Assembly: GCA_000004985.1 (NCBI GenBank)
Contig: GG738869.1
Origin: Naegleria gruberi
Lineage: Eukaryota
Length of the DNA: 64,000 nt
Direction: 5' to 3' (one strand)
Position numbers and translations under genes: made by a program. Numbering within the stretch: the first letter of the stretch is position 1; each line of letters begins with the position of its first letter. Under the pieces are notes generated by a model that saw only the letters and a program-made list of their open reading frames with translations, was not told where the DNA came from and did no database searches. Shown here piece by piece: positions 22,169 through 33,262 of this stretch.

Positions 22169-22659
22169 GTTGTTGGTTGTTAGTTGTGATTTTTTTTTCG
22201 TTCTGAATGCCTGAAGTTTAGGAGATGGACCATTTGGCTGTCACAAATACGGTTTTAGAAAAGCTTATTTCTAAATTGGTATTATAGAAAATACAATTAT
22301 ATCTCCTCGGTTTATCTAAATATTGACCTGTGTGTCGAATTGAGGAGGTTTATGAACCTACGCAGCTGAGCAAGTTATTTATTTTTGCAATTAGGAAACA
22401 CAAACAAACATTCAAGAAACTCTTTGAGTTGCATTGCAATTATTGTAGTAGTTATTACACTATTAACTGAATAAAATTGGTTTCCATCTGGTACGATTAT
22501 TAATATAATAGATCAAAATCATCATTAAGCAATATGACATCGGAACATGATTATAATAATCTCACTTATTAAATCACCACAATGAGATAATTAATTTTAA
22601 TTTCATTAGATAGAAGACGAGGATGAAAAGATTCTACTTTGAAGATATATATCCAGATC

Positions 22660-22835
22660 TATATGTTACTGACTCTTCTGGTAAGACCTTTTACATTGAT
22701 GTCGATGCTAACACCTCTGATGCCTAACTTTTCTCTCAAGAATGCTGGAAAGGTCAATATTAACCTTAACATGTTGAAGGCTGGTGATGAAGTTGATATC
22801 TTTACAGTTATTCCATTACATTTATTGTGGATACG
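22660..22835 (+). pseudogene. Partial, internally deleted duplicate of the downstream PPC-domain gene (source 24897..25135)
   Basis: 22741..22792 is near-identical to 25071..25122 (aatgctggaaaggtcaatattaaccttaacatgttgaaggctggtgatgaag). 22683..22740 is a diverged match to 24900..24950. About 100 nt of the source segment are missing between short direct repeats. Confidence 0.7.
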
Positions 22836-23289
22836 CACAAACATACATTTAAGAAACTTTTCGAGTTATATTGATAATCATTTAATATTCTAAAAAATTA
22901 AGAAATGGAAAGAAGAGGATGAACAGAAGATAGTTGGCCGTTACTTTGAAGAAAATTTAATCCTTTGATTTGCACATGGCTCATGTATCAACTAGGATTT
23001 AAAAGACCAAGAAATCAATTTGATTGCATAGTTACGCAGCCGCGACTCTAAGGTTTTGTTAAGAAACTATTTTTAAGAGTATTGAATTTTCCAGACTTCC
23101 TTAGTTTTCCTCAAGTTAAATACTTGGCCGAGACACATGCCGTGTGATTGATACAATTGTCTTAAATAGACAAAACCTACATCATTTCTATATTCTATCC
23201 TACCGTAATCTACCGCCCCTCAATGTAGATTCAATGGAATGAAAATTGTGTCAAAAGACTCACCAGTACCAAAAAATTAGCCTTAAAAA

Positions 23290-26200
23290 ATGAAAGAACT
23301 GCTATTAGCTACTATTGCCATATGCTTATTTTGCTGCTCTCTTGTTTTTGCTCAGAATACCGTCATTAAGTATGATGTTTCTGGTAAGAACGTTTCAAAG
23401 ACCCTGATAAGGGGAGAAATTCAATATTTTCTCGTTGATGTTTCATCGTGGGGTTGGAAAGAAGGAGATTTTGTTACCCTTAGTTTGAATTCACTCTCGG
23501 GTGATTGTGATATGTGGATTAGCAGTGTTGACTATCCAAAAACTGCTTGTGCCAATTGCCTTGGTCCAAATGGCTTTGGTGATGTTCGAATTATATACTA
23601 CAATTCCACTGAGAATGCACAGGGTGTTTTCTATGTTGGAATCATTGCTCAAGAAAGGAGTGCTGAATTTACTTTTGTTGCTTGGAAGTCTAATGGTAAG
23701 TTTTGATTGTTCAATTCCGAATGACATTAATTAGAAATTATCAATATTAACAAGAATGAAATTATCTTTGCTCAATCCCCAACTGGAAAGAAGAATACCT
23801 TTTTATTCAACATTCCAAGCGAAGCCAATTTGATTACAATCAATGTTGATGGTATCTATGGCGATCCAGATCTATATGTTACTGGTTCTAATGGTGATTC
23901 ATGGGCTTCTGAGAATTACGGATTTGAGACTTTGAAGATTAAGGCTGTCCCAGGACTGACTCAATTGAAAATTACTATTGTTGCCGTCTCTGATACTGTC
24001 TATAGTGTAGTTATCAAAGTCAATGACCAATCTGTGCGTTTACCAGAAGGTATCTTCTCACCAATACTGTCAATGCGAATGAAATGGATACCTTCATGTT
24101 CAGAAGTCTTGAAGCTGTTCAAAATATATTTGTTGAAATTAAACACCCCAGTAATGAAGAGGGAGAAACCAAGTTATACGTTCGTAAAGGAGCTATACCA
24201 ACTAGCAGTGAATTTGATTATGTCATTTCAGGTGAGGGTACATACACTGTAGCGGATGCCACTGTTGGTGATTACTATTTTGGTGTTGTTGGTTTGATGA
24301 ATAATACCAACTATAAGATTTGGGCATTTGGTGAAAACCAAAATCAAGTTGTTCTTTTCACCAGTCAACCAGTGCAAAAGGCATTCACTGCTACCACAAA
24401 GTCTTACACTTTCAAGTATGCCAATAACGATCAAGCCAAGACCATTGTTGCTACTGCGAAGCTTGTTTCTGGATCCTCAATTAATGTTTATGGAGCTCAA
24501 TTCTCTAGACCTAGTTCCACAAAGTACCATTCTAAGGCTGTTGCAATCACTGGTGCCGATGGTGTCTTAAAGTTTGTTGCTCCATCTCCACGTCCAAACA
24601 TTTACTTTACTGTTGCTGCTGATTCTGGTGAATTCTCAATTGAAGTCACCACTTCTCAACCAATCATGGCCCTCAGTGATGGTGAAGAAGTTTATTTGAA
24701 TTGGGTTCCAAAGGGATCATACAGATATTTCTCCTTTGTTGCTGATAAGTATCCAGAAAAGGCCATCTCCATCACTGCCCACCCATTTAGTGGCGACGTT
24801 GGTGTCCAAGTTTCAACCATTCTTCAATATCCATCTGTTAATAGTAACCAATGGTTTGCTAAACACACTGTTTACATACCAGCTCAAGATTCTAAGGCTT
24901 CTGGTAAGACCTTTTACATTGGTGTCCATGCTTTCACTTCTGATGCATACTTTTCCATATGCGCTTCTCAAGTCAGAGCCATAATGCCTCTCTCTGAAGG
25001 AACATCAACCTCAAGTTCTGTTATTGAAAGAGAGTATGCTTACTTTTCTCTCAATATCAAGAATGCTGGAAAGGTCAATATTAACCTTAACATGTTGAAG
25101 GCTGGTGATGAAGCTGATATCTTCTACAGTTATTCCGTCAAGACACCAAACAGATATGATTATGAAGGGAGATCTATTAATAATGGTAAGAATGTTTTGA
25201 CCATTGAAGATGCCAACCCAGGAGAAATTTACATTTCTGTTTTTGGTATTGTTTCAACTACTGATAGTACCACTAAAGCTATTCCATTTACTCTCTCAAT
25301 TGCCACTGATTATTTGAACTTGTTCCCAAATGGAGATACTGCTCTCGTCAATTCTGCAAAGGGTACTATTACTCATTTCAGAACTAACATTACCAGCGCA
25401 TTGAGGATTATCACTGCTTCTGCAACCCTCATTTCTGGTAAAACTGCAATGTACATCTCCACAAATGGAGAAAAGGCTAGTTTTACCAATTTTGTTTGGT
25501 CTGACCAAAATACGAATGGTAATAGCATTGTTATCAAGCAAACTGACCTTGCCTTTAGACGTGGAGTTTGTTTTATTGCAATTCTTGCTATTGAAAACTC
25601 TGTCTATCGCATGTCATTGGCTAGTAATATTGGTGCCACAGTTTTGGAAAACATTCCAACACTTGGTAGAACTGCACCTGACGGAAATATGGAGTCTTTG
25701 ATTTATAGTTTCTCATTCAATGACTCTTCTAAGGATGTCTATCTTCACATTAAGGAATTGGAAGGAAAAGTTGATGTTTTTGTTAATCAAAACAATTATA
25801 CATCAGAAAGAAATTACACTTGGAAGTCTCTTTCTAATGGTGAAATTGCTAGAGGGATCACTCTCAAGAAGGAAAGTCTTGTTGTTGAAAAGGCTGTCTA
25901 TGTTTCTGTAATCGGTAAGGATCAAGGAAAGAGCTCTCTGTTCTCTATTGAATTCAGATATATGGCACCTCCAGTCAGTAATATTACATTCAAAGTTCAA
26001 ATAATTTCTCCAAATAATCCAAATCTTCAAAAGATTAATCCTAATGAAGATTTAATTTTAACAAGTGTTATTGAACCATTACCAAATGAAATGTTCTCCT
26101 ACAAATGGGTAATTCCAATGAATGACATTGAAATAACAAAGAGTTATATTGTCATTCCTAAACATTTACTAACAAGTGGAATTTCATTTTATATAACTTT

Positions 26201-27724
26201 AGAAATTACAACAACAAACCAAGAAAAAAGTACAACCTTTATTAACGTTAAAGTGAATGAATCTCCAAAATTGGGAGAGTTTGCAGTTTCTCCAAAAACT
26301 GGTTATGTTTTAGAAACTCAATTTAACTTGACAGCAAATAACTGGTATGAAAATGAACCTGTGACTTATCGATTGTGTATCGATATGTTGGAGATTTAAC
26401 ATGGAAAACTCTTTCAGAACAATCATCTCAAAGATCTTTGACAACTTCATTACCTTTTGGAAATATTGAATTAGCAGTGTTTATTTATGATTCATTCAAT
26501 TCATTTACCCAATCACAAACTATTTCAATTCAAGTGCTTCAAAAATCAGAATTTTCAAATGAAGTATTAACTACATTAGAAAGCGAAACATCACTCTCGC
26601 CACCAATTCTCGCAACTCTGTCAACAATAATATCAGATCAAAATATACAGGTCAAGGAAAGGGTGATTCGAATAATTTCAAACTATTTTACAAAACAATT
26701 AGATCTATTGAGAAGTAATAATATAACTACTAATCAATTAAGCTCCATTGCTTCAACTATTTCATCTGTTAGCACATCAATTTCCCATTTAGATACAAAC
26801 ACTAAAACTGTTATTTTGGATTATTTTTCAGGTACATTGGAAAAAGTAGCAAGTAATAGTATTCAACTTTCAGATAATGATTTCCAAGTTTGTTTATCAT
26901 CAATTTCAACGATGGAAGAGCAAACAAACAGCATAGTTCAGAAATATACTACCAAGGTGATCAAAATTTACAAACTACTTTCAGATTTTAAATTAAGATC
27001 CTTATTAGAAGATGGTTCTCCGTTTAAGATTTCTGGTAAAGTTTACAAATCATATTCAAAATATGTAAAGAATTACTCGGCACTTCAAGATGTTCTCTAT
27101 GATCAAACTGAAATTACTATGAATCCACTTCAAATTCCATCATGTATTGTTGGTGTGAAAACATACACTAATGAATTATTAAGTAGTGATTTCAAATTCT
27201 CTCAAGTTATAGAATTTACTCTTCAAAATGCTAACACTTTGCAAAATATTGATCTTGGAGTGAACTCTAATTTATTATCACAAATAACATTCCCTTATAA
27301 TTCAAGTGCAGTTTCTAGAAAGTTAACATTACAGACCACTCATTGCAAATATCAATTATCGACAGGAGATTTTGTGGATGATCATTGTACTTTGCATAGC
27401 AATGATGATGGCACTTTATCTATGAGAATTTCTAGAACTGGAATTTTTGTTATTGGATATCAAGAAACCAAAATTGAACCTACTCAATCGGTTCATCCAA
27501 CTCAATCAGAATCTTCAAATATTCCATTGATTATAGGATTATCTATTTTCTTTCCTGTTACATTTATTGTGGTTGGCATTATTTTAATATTGGTATTTTA
27601 CTTATTAAGGAGAAATAGAAATGTGAAATCTAAAATCAAAAAGACGTTCGCCAATATTAGGGATGGTCAATATCTTGAAAAGTTTGAAGATTCAAAAGTC
27701 GAAATGCAAGAAAGTACTTGTTGA
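23290..27724 (+). CDS. Multi-domain secreted or membrane-anchored protein with tandem PPC-like (pre-peptidase C-terminal) beta-sandwich domains and a C-terminal TM anchor. The gene model has two unresolved frame discontinuities.
   Basis: A signal peptide MKELLLATIAICLFCCSLVFAQ begins at 23290. Repeated modules carry the GxxDLYV motif (GDPDLYV, GETKLYV, GKVDVFV, GDEADIF). A C-terminal TM segment IPLIIGLSIFFPVTFIVVGIILILVFYLL ends at 27724. There is an intron at 23696..23734 (39 nt, GTAAGT..TTAG). A -1 frame change at about 24050-24105 is best explained by a 35-nt GT..AG intron at 24069..24103. A second -1 change at about 26377-26417 has as its only GT-AG solution one that creates a TAA. Confidence 0.6.
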
Positions 27725-27898
27725 TTTCATTGTGCAATATGTAATGAATATTCAAGATATTAAAAGGAAATTCCTCAATGTTATAGATCAATTAAACTAT
27801 TGCTTTGAAACTTAAACTTCTATTTTTGTAAAGAGTATTGTAAAATATTTAAACATTTAGTGGTTTCCAAGTTCCAATCAAAACTCTCATTTAAAAAA

Positions 27899-30800
27899 AT
27901 GCCAGAAAATCAAAGCGAACAAGGTGAGAACAATTCGCCACTAATTACATGGCTTAAAGTTGTGTTTCCATCTGGTATGAATAATAATAGATCATCAACT
28001 TTGGAACATTATGCAAATTCTTCACAGTACGCTTCGGAACATGATGAGGATCATCAGCAGCAAGAAATTATTAAATCACCAACAATTAATTCGAGTTTGA
28101 GTTTGATTTGGTTTAGTGGTTTGCTATTGGAGAATGATCATCATTCAATGCTGGTAGTTGAAAGCTTTACGGAAATGGCCAAGTTAATTAAATCATCATC
28201 AGAAGATTCATCAACAATATGTGAGGAAATGTATTTTGGATTATCGGAGGAGGGAAAATACTTTATTCATAATAACAATAATAAGAACAATAAGAAAATC
28301 GATACGGAATCCAATAATACCAACACTAGCCTATTTGTAAATCCTCCTCCACTCATGATGAAAAGTTCTGTCAATTCTTCCCTGCTTGGAAAACCAACCT
28401 CCTCATTGGAGACATTTATTTATTTATTTTCATTATGTTCACTATGCAATGCTTGTTCGGAGGAAATTTTCAACAACTTTAATGAAATAGTGCAGGTAGT
28501 AGAATATAGTTTACAGGATGTAAATTGTCAGAATGACATTTATTGGCAGGAGATTTATAATAATATTTCTGCCGATTCACAATCACTGATCATATTGGGA
28601 AAGTTTATTTGTGCAATTTTTCCTCATATTCAGATTTTAAACAAATCCAATTCGACTATACTGTTCGGTCACATTTGTAGATGTTGGACTAAACAAGTCG
28701 TGAATAATTCGAGTGAAGAGTTGTGGAAATTATTGGCCAGGTTTTTATCATATCCCGAACTCTCTAGGTATTACTTTTTTACCAATTCAGAAATTGGTCA
28801 TACTACTAGTGTGCTATTGGCAAATTACACGATTGACATTTTAGATAAGGACCATTATTGTGATGATAGTAATTTTACACTTTCAGAGAAATTCGAGCTC
28901 TTCTTGAAAGTATTTAAAAACAAATTCCTCACATCAGATTTCAAGGAATCTTCAGAGATTTACGAATATTGTAAATTATTTATTGATACAGATACATTCA
29001 AGGAGGAACATTTCGAGCTGTATCTAAGATTCAAAGCAGAAATGGAATATATTGTCATATTATCGCCTCCTTTTGTATCATATTATAGAGCTATAGAATA
29101 CTTGTTGAATTTAGCAAATCAAGTCGAGGAGAGTAAGGAAACACTCTCAGAGAATGTATATATCTTCCTCAAATCTCAAATTATTTTACACAAACTAAAG
29201 AAGGCATCAACCTTTGAAATATCTGCCGAGTATTACTCCCAAAAGGATTATTTGATTACAACCTTCAAGAAGGAATTGGAAGATTTGGTTGATATCAAGA
29301 ACGAATACTTCACTAAGGGGTATTTGAACCCATTCATCATACATATACTTTCTCCTGGCAAATTAATGCGCAATTGGCTGCTGGTTAACAATAAGAATAC
29401 TCTCTCAAAAATTCAACATTACAGCTCTCTTGCTGGCTGGTACAAGGAGAGAGGAAATTGTGTCAAACACAGAGAGTACCTCCAAAAGGCCTACTCTCTC
29501 TTCCAATATATTAATATGAGAGATTGGATGAATAATGGAATATTTGAAGTGGCCGAGAGTTTGGTATCTGCTTATGCCTCTGAAAGTCTTCCTCCTTTTT
29601 TCAGCAAAAAGCTATTGATTGAATTGGAGGCATTGTGGAGTGGATTGGACTCAACTAGAGAGCTATACTTTCCTGGAGCCTATAAAATTCTCATCAATTT
29701 GAAAGCAAGTCTATGTCCAGAAAAAGAGAGTAGAGAAATTCTTGACTCTGCCATATCTTTATTCAAATCTGCACTTTGCCTGAGAAAGGACAATTATGCA
29801 ATTGAAGAGAATCCAAATTATGAACAAATTCTTAAATATGGAGGTGAAGATAACAAGAAGAAGGATACCTCCGCATATCAAGTTTACATTTCTCTCATCA
29901 AGGATCATGCCAATACCTATTCCAAATCAGCTCCTAAAGTTTCACTTAAAATTTACAGGAACCTTTTGATAGAGAATACTGTCAAGCATGACCACTGCTC
30001 CATTAGATTGTTTATTCTCTCACTGTTCTCATCATTGAACATGCAAAATGACATGATCCATTTATGTGACCAACTCTTTGAGTATTATGGAACATATCCT
30101 GTCGTAAAAATCAGATGCTATCAATACTTGGCTGATTATTACAAGAGAAAGATCAAGTTTTCTACTCTTCTTTCAGAAGAATTACAATTAATTGAAAAAT
30201 CTCTACTCAACCTGACTGGTGCTGTGGAAGTTTTGAAAGAAAACGACTTGGATACTTACTCTTCCCTATCAGACTTTTTATTGTGTGCACAGACAGCATC
30301 TTCCCTATATTCAAGTTTTAGTGATCGAATCAAGAAGGATGTCAAGTGGGAATCTTTCGAAAAGTCCCTTTCAACAATATTTGAAGACCTTATTGAATTC
30401 TTGAAAAAGTTTGACTTTTCTAATTGTATTTCCAAAAGTAATATCGATTTAGTCCAAAGTATGTTTTCAATACTTTCAGGTGCTATGGAATTCTTGAGCA
30501 CTTCCCAATTGAAGACCATTCTTCTCAAGGCACTTCTACTCTCAGAGAATATCAAACCAATTGTTAACATTTACAATAATTCCACGATTATGTATGGATT
30601 TTATGATATTCTGATTCTCTCCAACAAGTTCTTTTCTCAGGTTGAAGAACCAGTTGTTAAGGAAATTAACTATGAAAAAAGAGACTTATTGGGGTCAATT
30701 TTTTCTGTGGATGAGGAAAATACCAATTTTTGGAACCACATGATAGAATATCCAGAGGATCAGTTTCCAACATTTTTGGAAATTGAGTATGGCTTTTTAA

Positions 30801-32491
30801 ATTTCCTATTGGAGGGGTTTCAACATCACGGAGTATACAAATCTCTCATCTATAAGCAAATATTTGATATCCACAGAAGAAATAAGAATTGCACAAAAGA
30901 ATTATTCCTCAAGCATCTCGAATCATGGAAAGAGGTTGCAATCGACTCAGACACTAGAAGACACTACCCAACTCACATTCTTGATTGTGAACTCTATGAG
31001 AATTTTACCAAATTCAAAACAAAGGGAGATTTGACACTCACCAGAATGAATATCATTACCGATGTTTCCTCTATTGATGAGACAACCAAACAAAGAGTAG
31101 TAAGGGATTTGTCAAATGATATATTCTTCCATGAAAAGTTTTTACAAACCGTCTCAATGATTCAATCTTATGAAATGATACTTGCCATCAACTTGAGACA
31201 AGTGGATTTATTCTCTAAAATTCCTACCAGCTTTTGCAAACTAAGAGCACTGAGATCTATCCTATTTCTTGAATCTGTGACTGGAATTAATGGACTCAGT
31301 GAACACTTTTTCGAAAGAGTGCAACAAATTCAAGTCTCAGACGATCTCATTGTCAACATTGGATGTGGTAATGATGATAGAATTTACATTTATGCTAAAA
31401 TTGAAGGTCTCGATTTGAATTATGATGTCATTACTGAAGATAGAGTCAAGGTAATGGAAAAATTATTGGAATCATCATTCTTTGGATTTATGGATATATA
31501 CAGTGAAATTGATTACTTGTCGTGTGGTTTGAGTGAGGATGGCTCCATCTATTTGCACACATACTATGAACTGAAGACGAGCTCCTTCTCCAAACTTCTC
31601 TACACCCTTCAAACCTTCATCAAGAATGCAGAAAATTGGAAGAGTGAGGTATTTGAATTGATATCCAAGAAAACCAAACATACTAGTGCAACCAACATTA
31701 GAGAACGTATCTTTAATACTCGATACCTAGCCACACACAACACAAAGAAAAAGTATGGTTTGAGCAAGGATCAAGGTACTCTTGTTGAATCAATCATTAC
31801 ACTGATTGAAAAGAAAGAGGAGGAATCTAAAACACCAACCCACGAAAAGCAAGACGAAAATGAAATGCTCGAAGTATTCACAGATAGTACCCTGGAAGTG
31901 TTGGAATCATACCTATCCAACTCAACACAAGATCTCTACGATGGAACTCTTCAAAAGTATAAGGCTAAGGAAATGATTGAAAATAGTTTGAATGCTCTGT
32001 GTTTCATCTCTGATCTGTATCACTTAGGTCAGTTGAAATCAAAGGAAAGAGCAGACAATTTATTGCAAAATTTAGGAGATGCCCTTGGATTGGCAGGAAA
32101 TCTCCAATTTACTGAGAGTGATAGAATTTGCACCATTGCAGCCAATGGTTTGAATATTTATCTTCAACATCGAAGAAAGGAGGGCAGATTACTCGATCAC
32201 ATTTTCATTTTTGCCATTTGTAGTGTCAAGATTAATTGTGTTCACAAGAAGGATCAAGTTTACACATACTTTTTAAAGAGTTCACTATTAGGAGGAAATT
32301 CTATGGGAGGTGGATTCGGTGTCATTAAGAATGAGAATGATCCAGCCAAGATTTCAATTTATTACTACACTAGATTGAGTGTTGAGAATGCATCAGATAC
32401 AGCACTGATGGAGGTTCTTCCAGGATTTGTCACTTCTTATAGTGAATTGTTGGATGATTTGGAGAAGATTCTATCGGATAGAAGTTGTTAA
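27899..32491 (+). CDS. Large hypothetical protein (about 1530 aa, helical-repeat-like)
   Basis: This is one continuous ORF. Its listed start is a GTG, and the first ATG is at 27899. No recognisable catalytic motif is present. Confidence 0.55.
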   Translation: MPENQSEQGENNSPLITWLKVVFPSGMNNNRSSTLEHYANSSQYASEHDEDHQQQEIIKSPTINSSLSLIWFSGLLLENDHHSMLVVESFTEMAKLIKSSSEDSSTICEEMYFGLSEEGKYFIHNNNNKNNKKIDTESNNTNTSLFVNPPPLMMKSSVNSSLLGKPTSSLETFIYLFSLCSLCNACSEEIFNNFNEIVQVVEYSLQDVNCQNDIYWQEIYNNISADSQSLIILGKFICAIFPHIQILNKSNSTILFGHICRCWTKQVVNNSSEELWKLLARFLSYPELSRYYFFTNSEIGHTTSVLLANYTIDILDKDHYCDDSNFTLSEKFELFLKVFKNKFLTSDFKESSEIYEYCKLFIDTDTFKEEHFELYLRFKAEMEYIVILSPPFVSYYRAIEYLLNLANQVEESKETLSENVYIFLKSQIILHKLKKASTFEISAEYYSQKDYLITTFKKELEDLVDIKNEYFTKGYLNPFIIHILSPGKLMRNWLLVNNKNTLSKIQHYSSLAGWYKERGNCVKHREYLQKAYSLFQYINMRDWMNNGIFEVAESLVSAYASESLPPFFSKKLLIELEALWSGLDSTRELYFPGAYKILINLKASLCPEKESREILDSAISLFKSALCLRKDNYAIEENPNYEQILKYGGEDNKKKDTSAYQVYISLIKDHANTYSKSAPKVSLKIYRNLLIENTVKHDHCSIRLFILSLFSSLNMQNDMIHLCDQLFEYYGTYPVVKIRCYQYLADYYKRKIKFSTLLSEELQLIEKSLLNLTGAVEVLKENDLDTYSSLSDFLLCAQTASSLYSSFSDRIKKDVKWESFEKSLSTIFEDLIEFLKKFDFSNCISKSNIDLVQSMFSILSGAMEFLSTSQLKTILLKALLLSENIKPIVNIYNNSTIMYGFYDILILSNKFFSQVEEPVVKEINYEKRDLLGSIFSVDEENTNFWNHMIEYPEDQFPTFLEIEYGFLNFLLEGFQHHGVYKSLIYKQIFDIHRRNKNCTKELFLKHLESWKEVAIDSDTRRHYPTHILDCELYENFTKFKTKGDLTLTRMNIITDVSSIDETTKQRVVRDLSNDIFFHEKFLQTVSMIQSYEMILAINLRQVDLFSKIPTSFCKLRALRSILFLESVTGINGLSEHFFERVQQIQVSDDLIVNIGCGNDDRIYIYAKIEGLDLNYDVITEDRVKVMEKLLESSFFGFMDIYSEIDYLSCGLSEDGSIYLHTYYELKTSSFSKLLYTLQTFIKNAENWKSEVFELISKKTKHTSATNIRERIFNTRYLATHNTKKKYGLSKDQGTLVESIITLIEKKEEESKTPTHEKQDENEMLEVFTDSTLEVLESYLSNSTQDLYDGTLQKYKAKEMIENSLNALCFISDLYHLGQLKSKERADNLLQNLGDALGLAGNLQFTESDRICTIAANGLNIYLQHRRKEGRLLDHIFIFAICSVKINCVHKKDQVYTYFLKSSLLGGNSMGGGFGVIKNENDPAKISIYYYTRLSVENASDTALMEVLPGFVTSYSELLDDLEKILSDRSC

Positions 32492-32546
32492 ATCTTCCCT
32501 ATTGGATATCAATTATCAGTTCTTTCCTCATGGACAAGTTCCACTC

Positions 32547-32978
32547 TTATTGAGTTGCAACTTTTTCCAATAATCCAATAATTTCTAGGGCTACTTCCTC
32601 ATCAATAGAACAATCTATTGCAAGTTGTTCATGAGTAACAATACTATTCACAAAATAATCACCTCCAATATGTTTCTCAAATAATTTCAATACAACATTC
32701 TCAGGAATTTGATTAAAAGCAAGATAAACCATCAATTCCGAATCAGTCCAATTCTTCAATGATTTCCCATTCGCATTCTTCTTTGATGATTTATTAATTT
32801 CCCTCAAATATTGATTAACCTCATCATCGGAGAGTAAACCCGTAGAAAAATCTTCCTCCCAATCCAAATCTAACATTGAATCAATAACTGTACCACTTTT
32901 TCCATCCTCTTTATTTTCAGCATTATTAGCCTTTGTTGATGATGACTTCTTATCGAGGTAGGCTAAAAGGTCTTCCAT
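32547..32978 (-). CDS. Small protein with a C-terminal SAM-like domain
   Basis: The real start is probably MEDLLAYLDKK, with its ATG at 32978. The C-terminus WTDSELMVYLAFNQIPENVVLKLFEKHIGGDYFVNSIVTHEQLAIDCSIDEEVALEIIGLL looks like a sterile-alpha-motif. The upstream part of the listed ORF is Leu-rich junk. Confidence 0.45.
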   Translation of the reverse strand: MEDLLAYLDKKSSSTKANNAENKEDGKSGTVIDSMLDLDWEEDFSTGLLSDDEVNQYLREINKSSKKNANGKSLKNWTDSELMVYLAFNQIPENVVLKLFEKHIGGDYFVNSIVTHEQLAIDCSIDEEVALEIIGLLEKVATQ

Positions 32979-33262
32979 CGTTTTTTTCCTTAAATTTTTC
33001 AAAAAATACAACAAACATACAACGCCTAGGTAAAGCGAAGAATTGCATTTCAAAGCCTTCGCCTTAGTATTAAACAAAATATTCAAGGGACGTAAAGGAA
33101 TGTATTGATAGTGTGGTAAAGAAAATGACCTTTTTGCAACCTTAAATAATATTGTCTTCAACTTTCCAAAAACGAAATCAATTTTGTATCCGAATATCAC
33201 ATGTCGGTAATGTATAAAAGTTAATTGCTGAACCTGTGTTGATATGAAGCGAGCATGAACAA

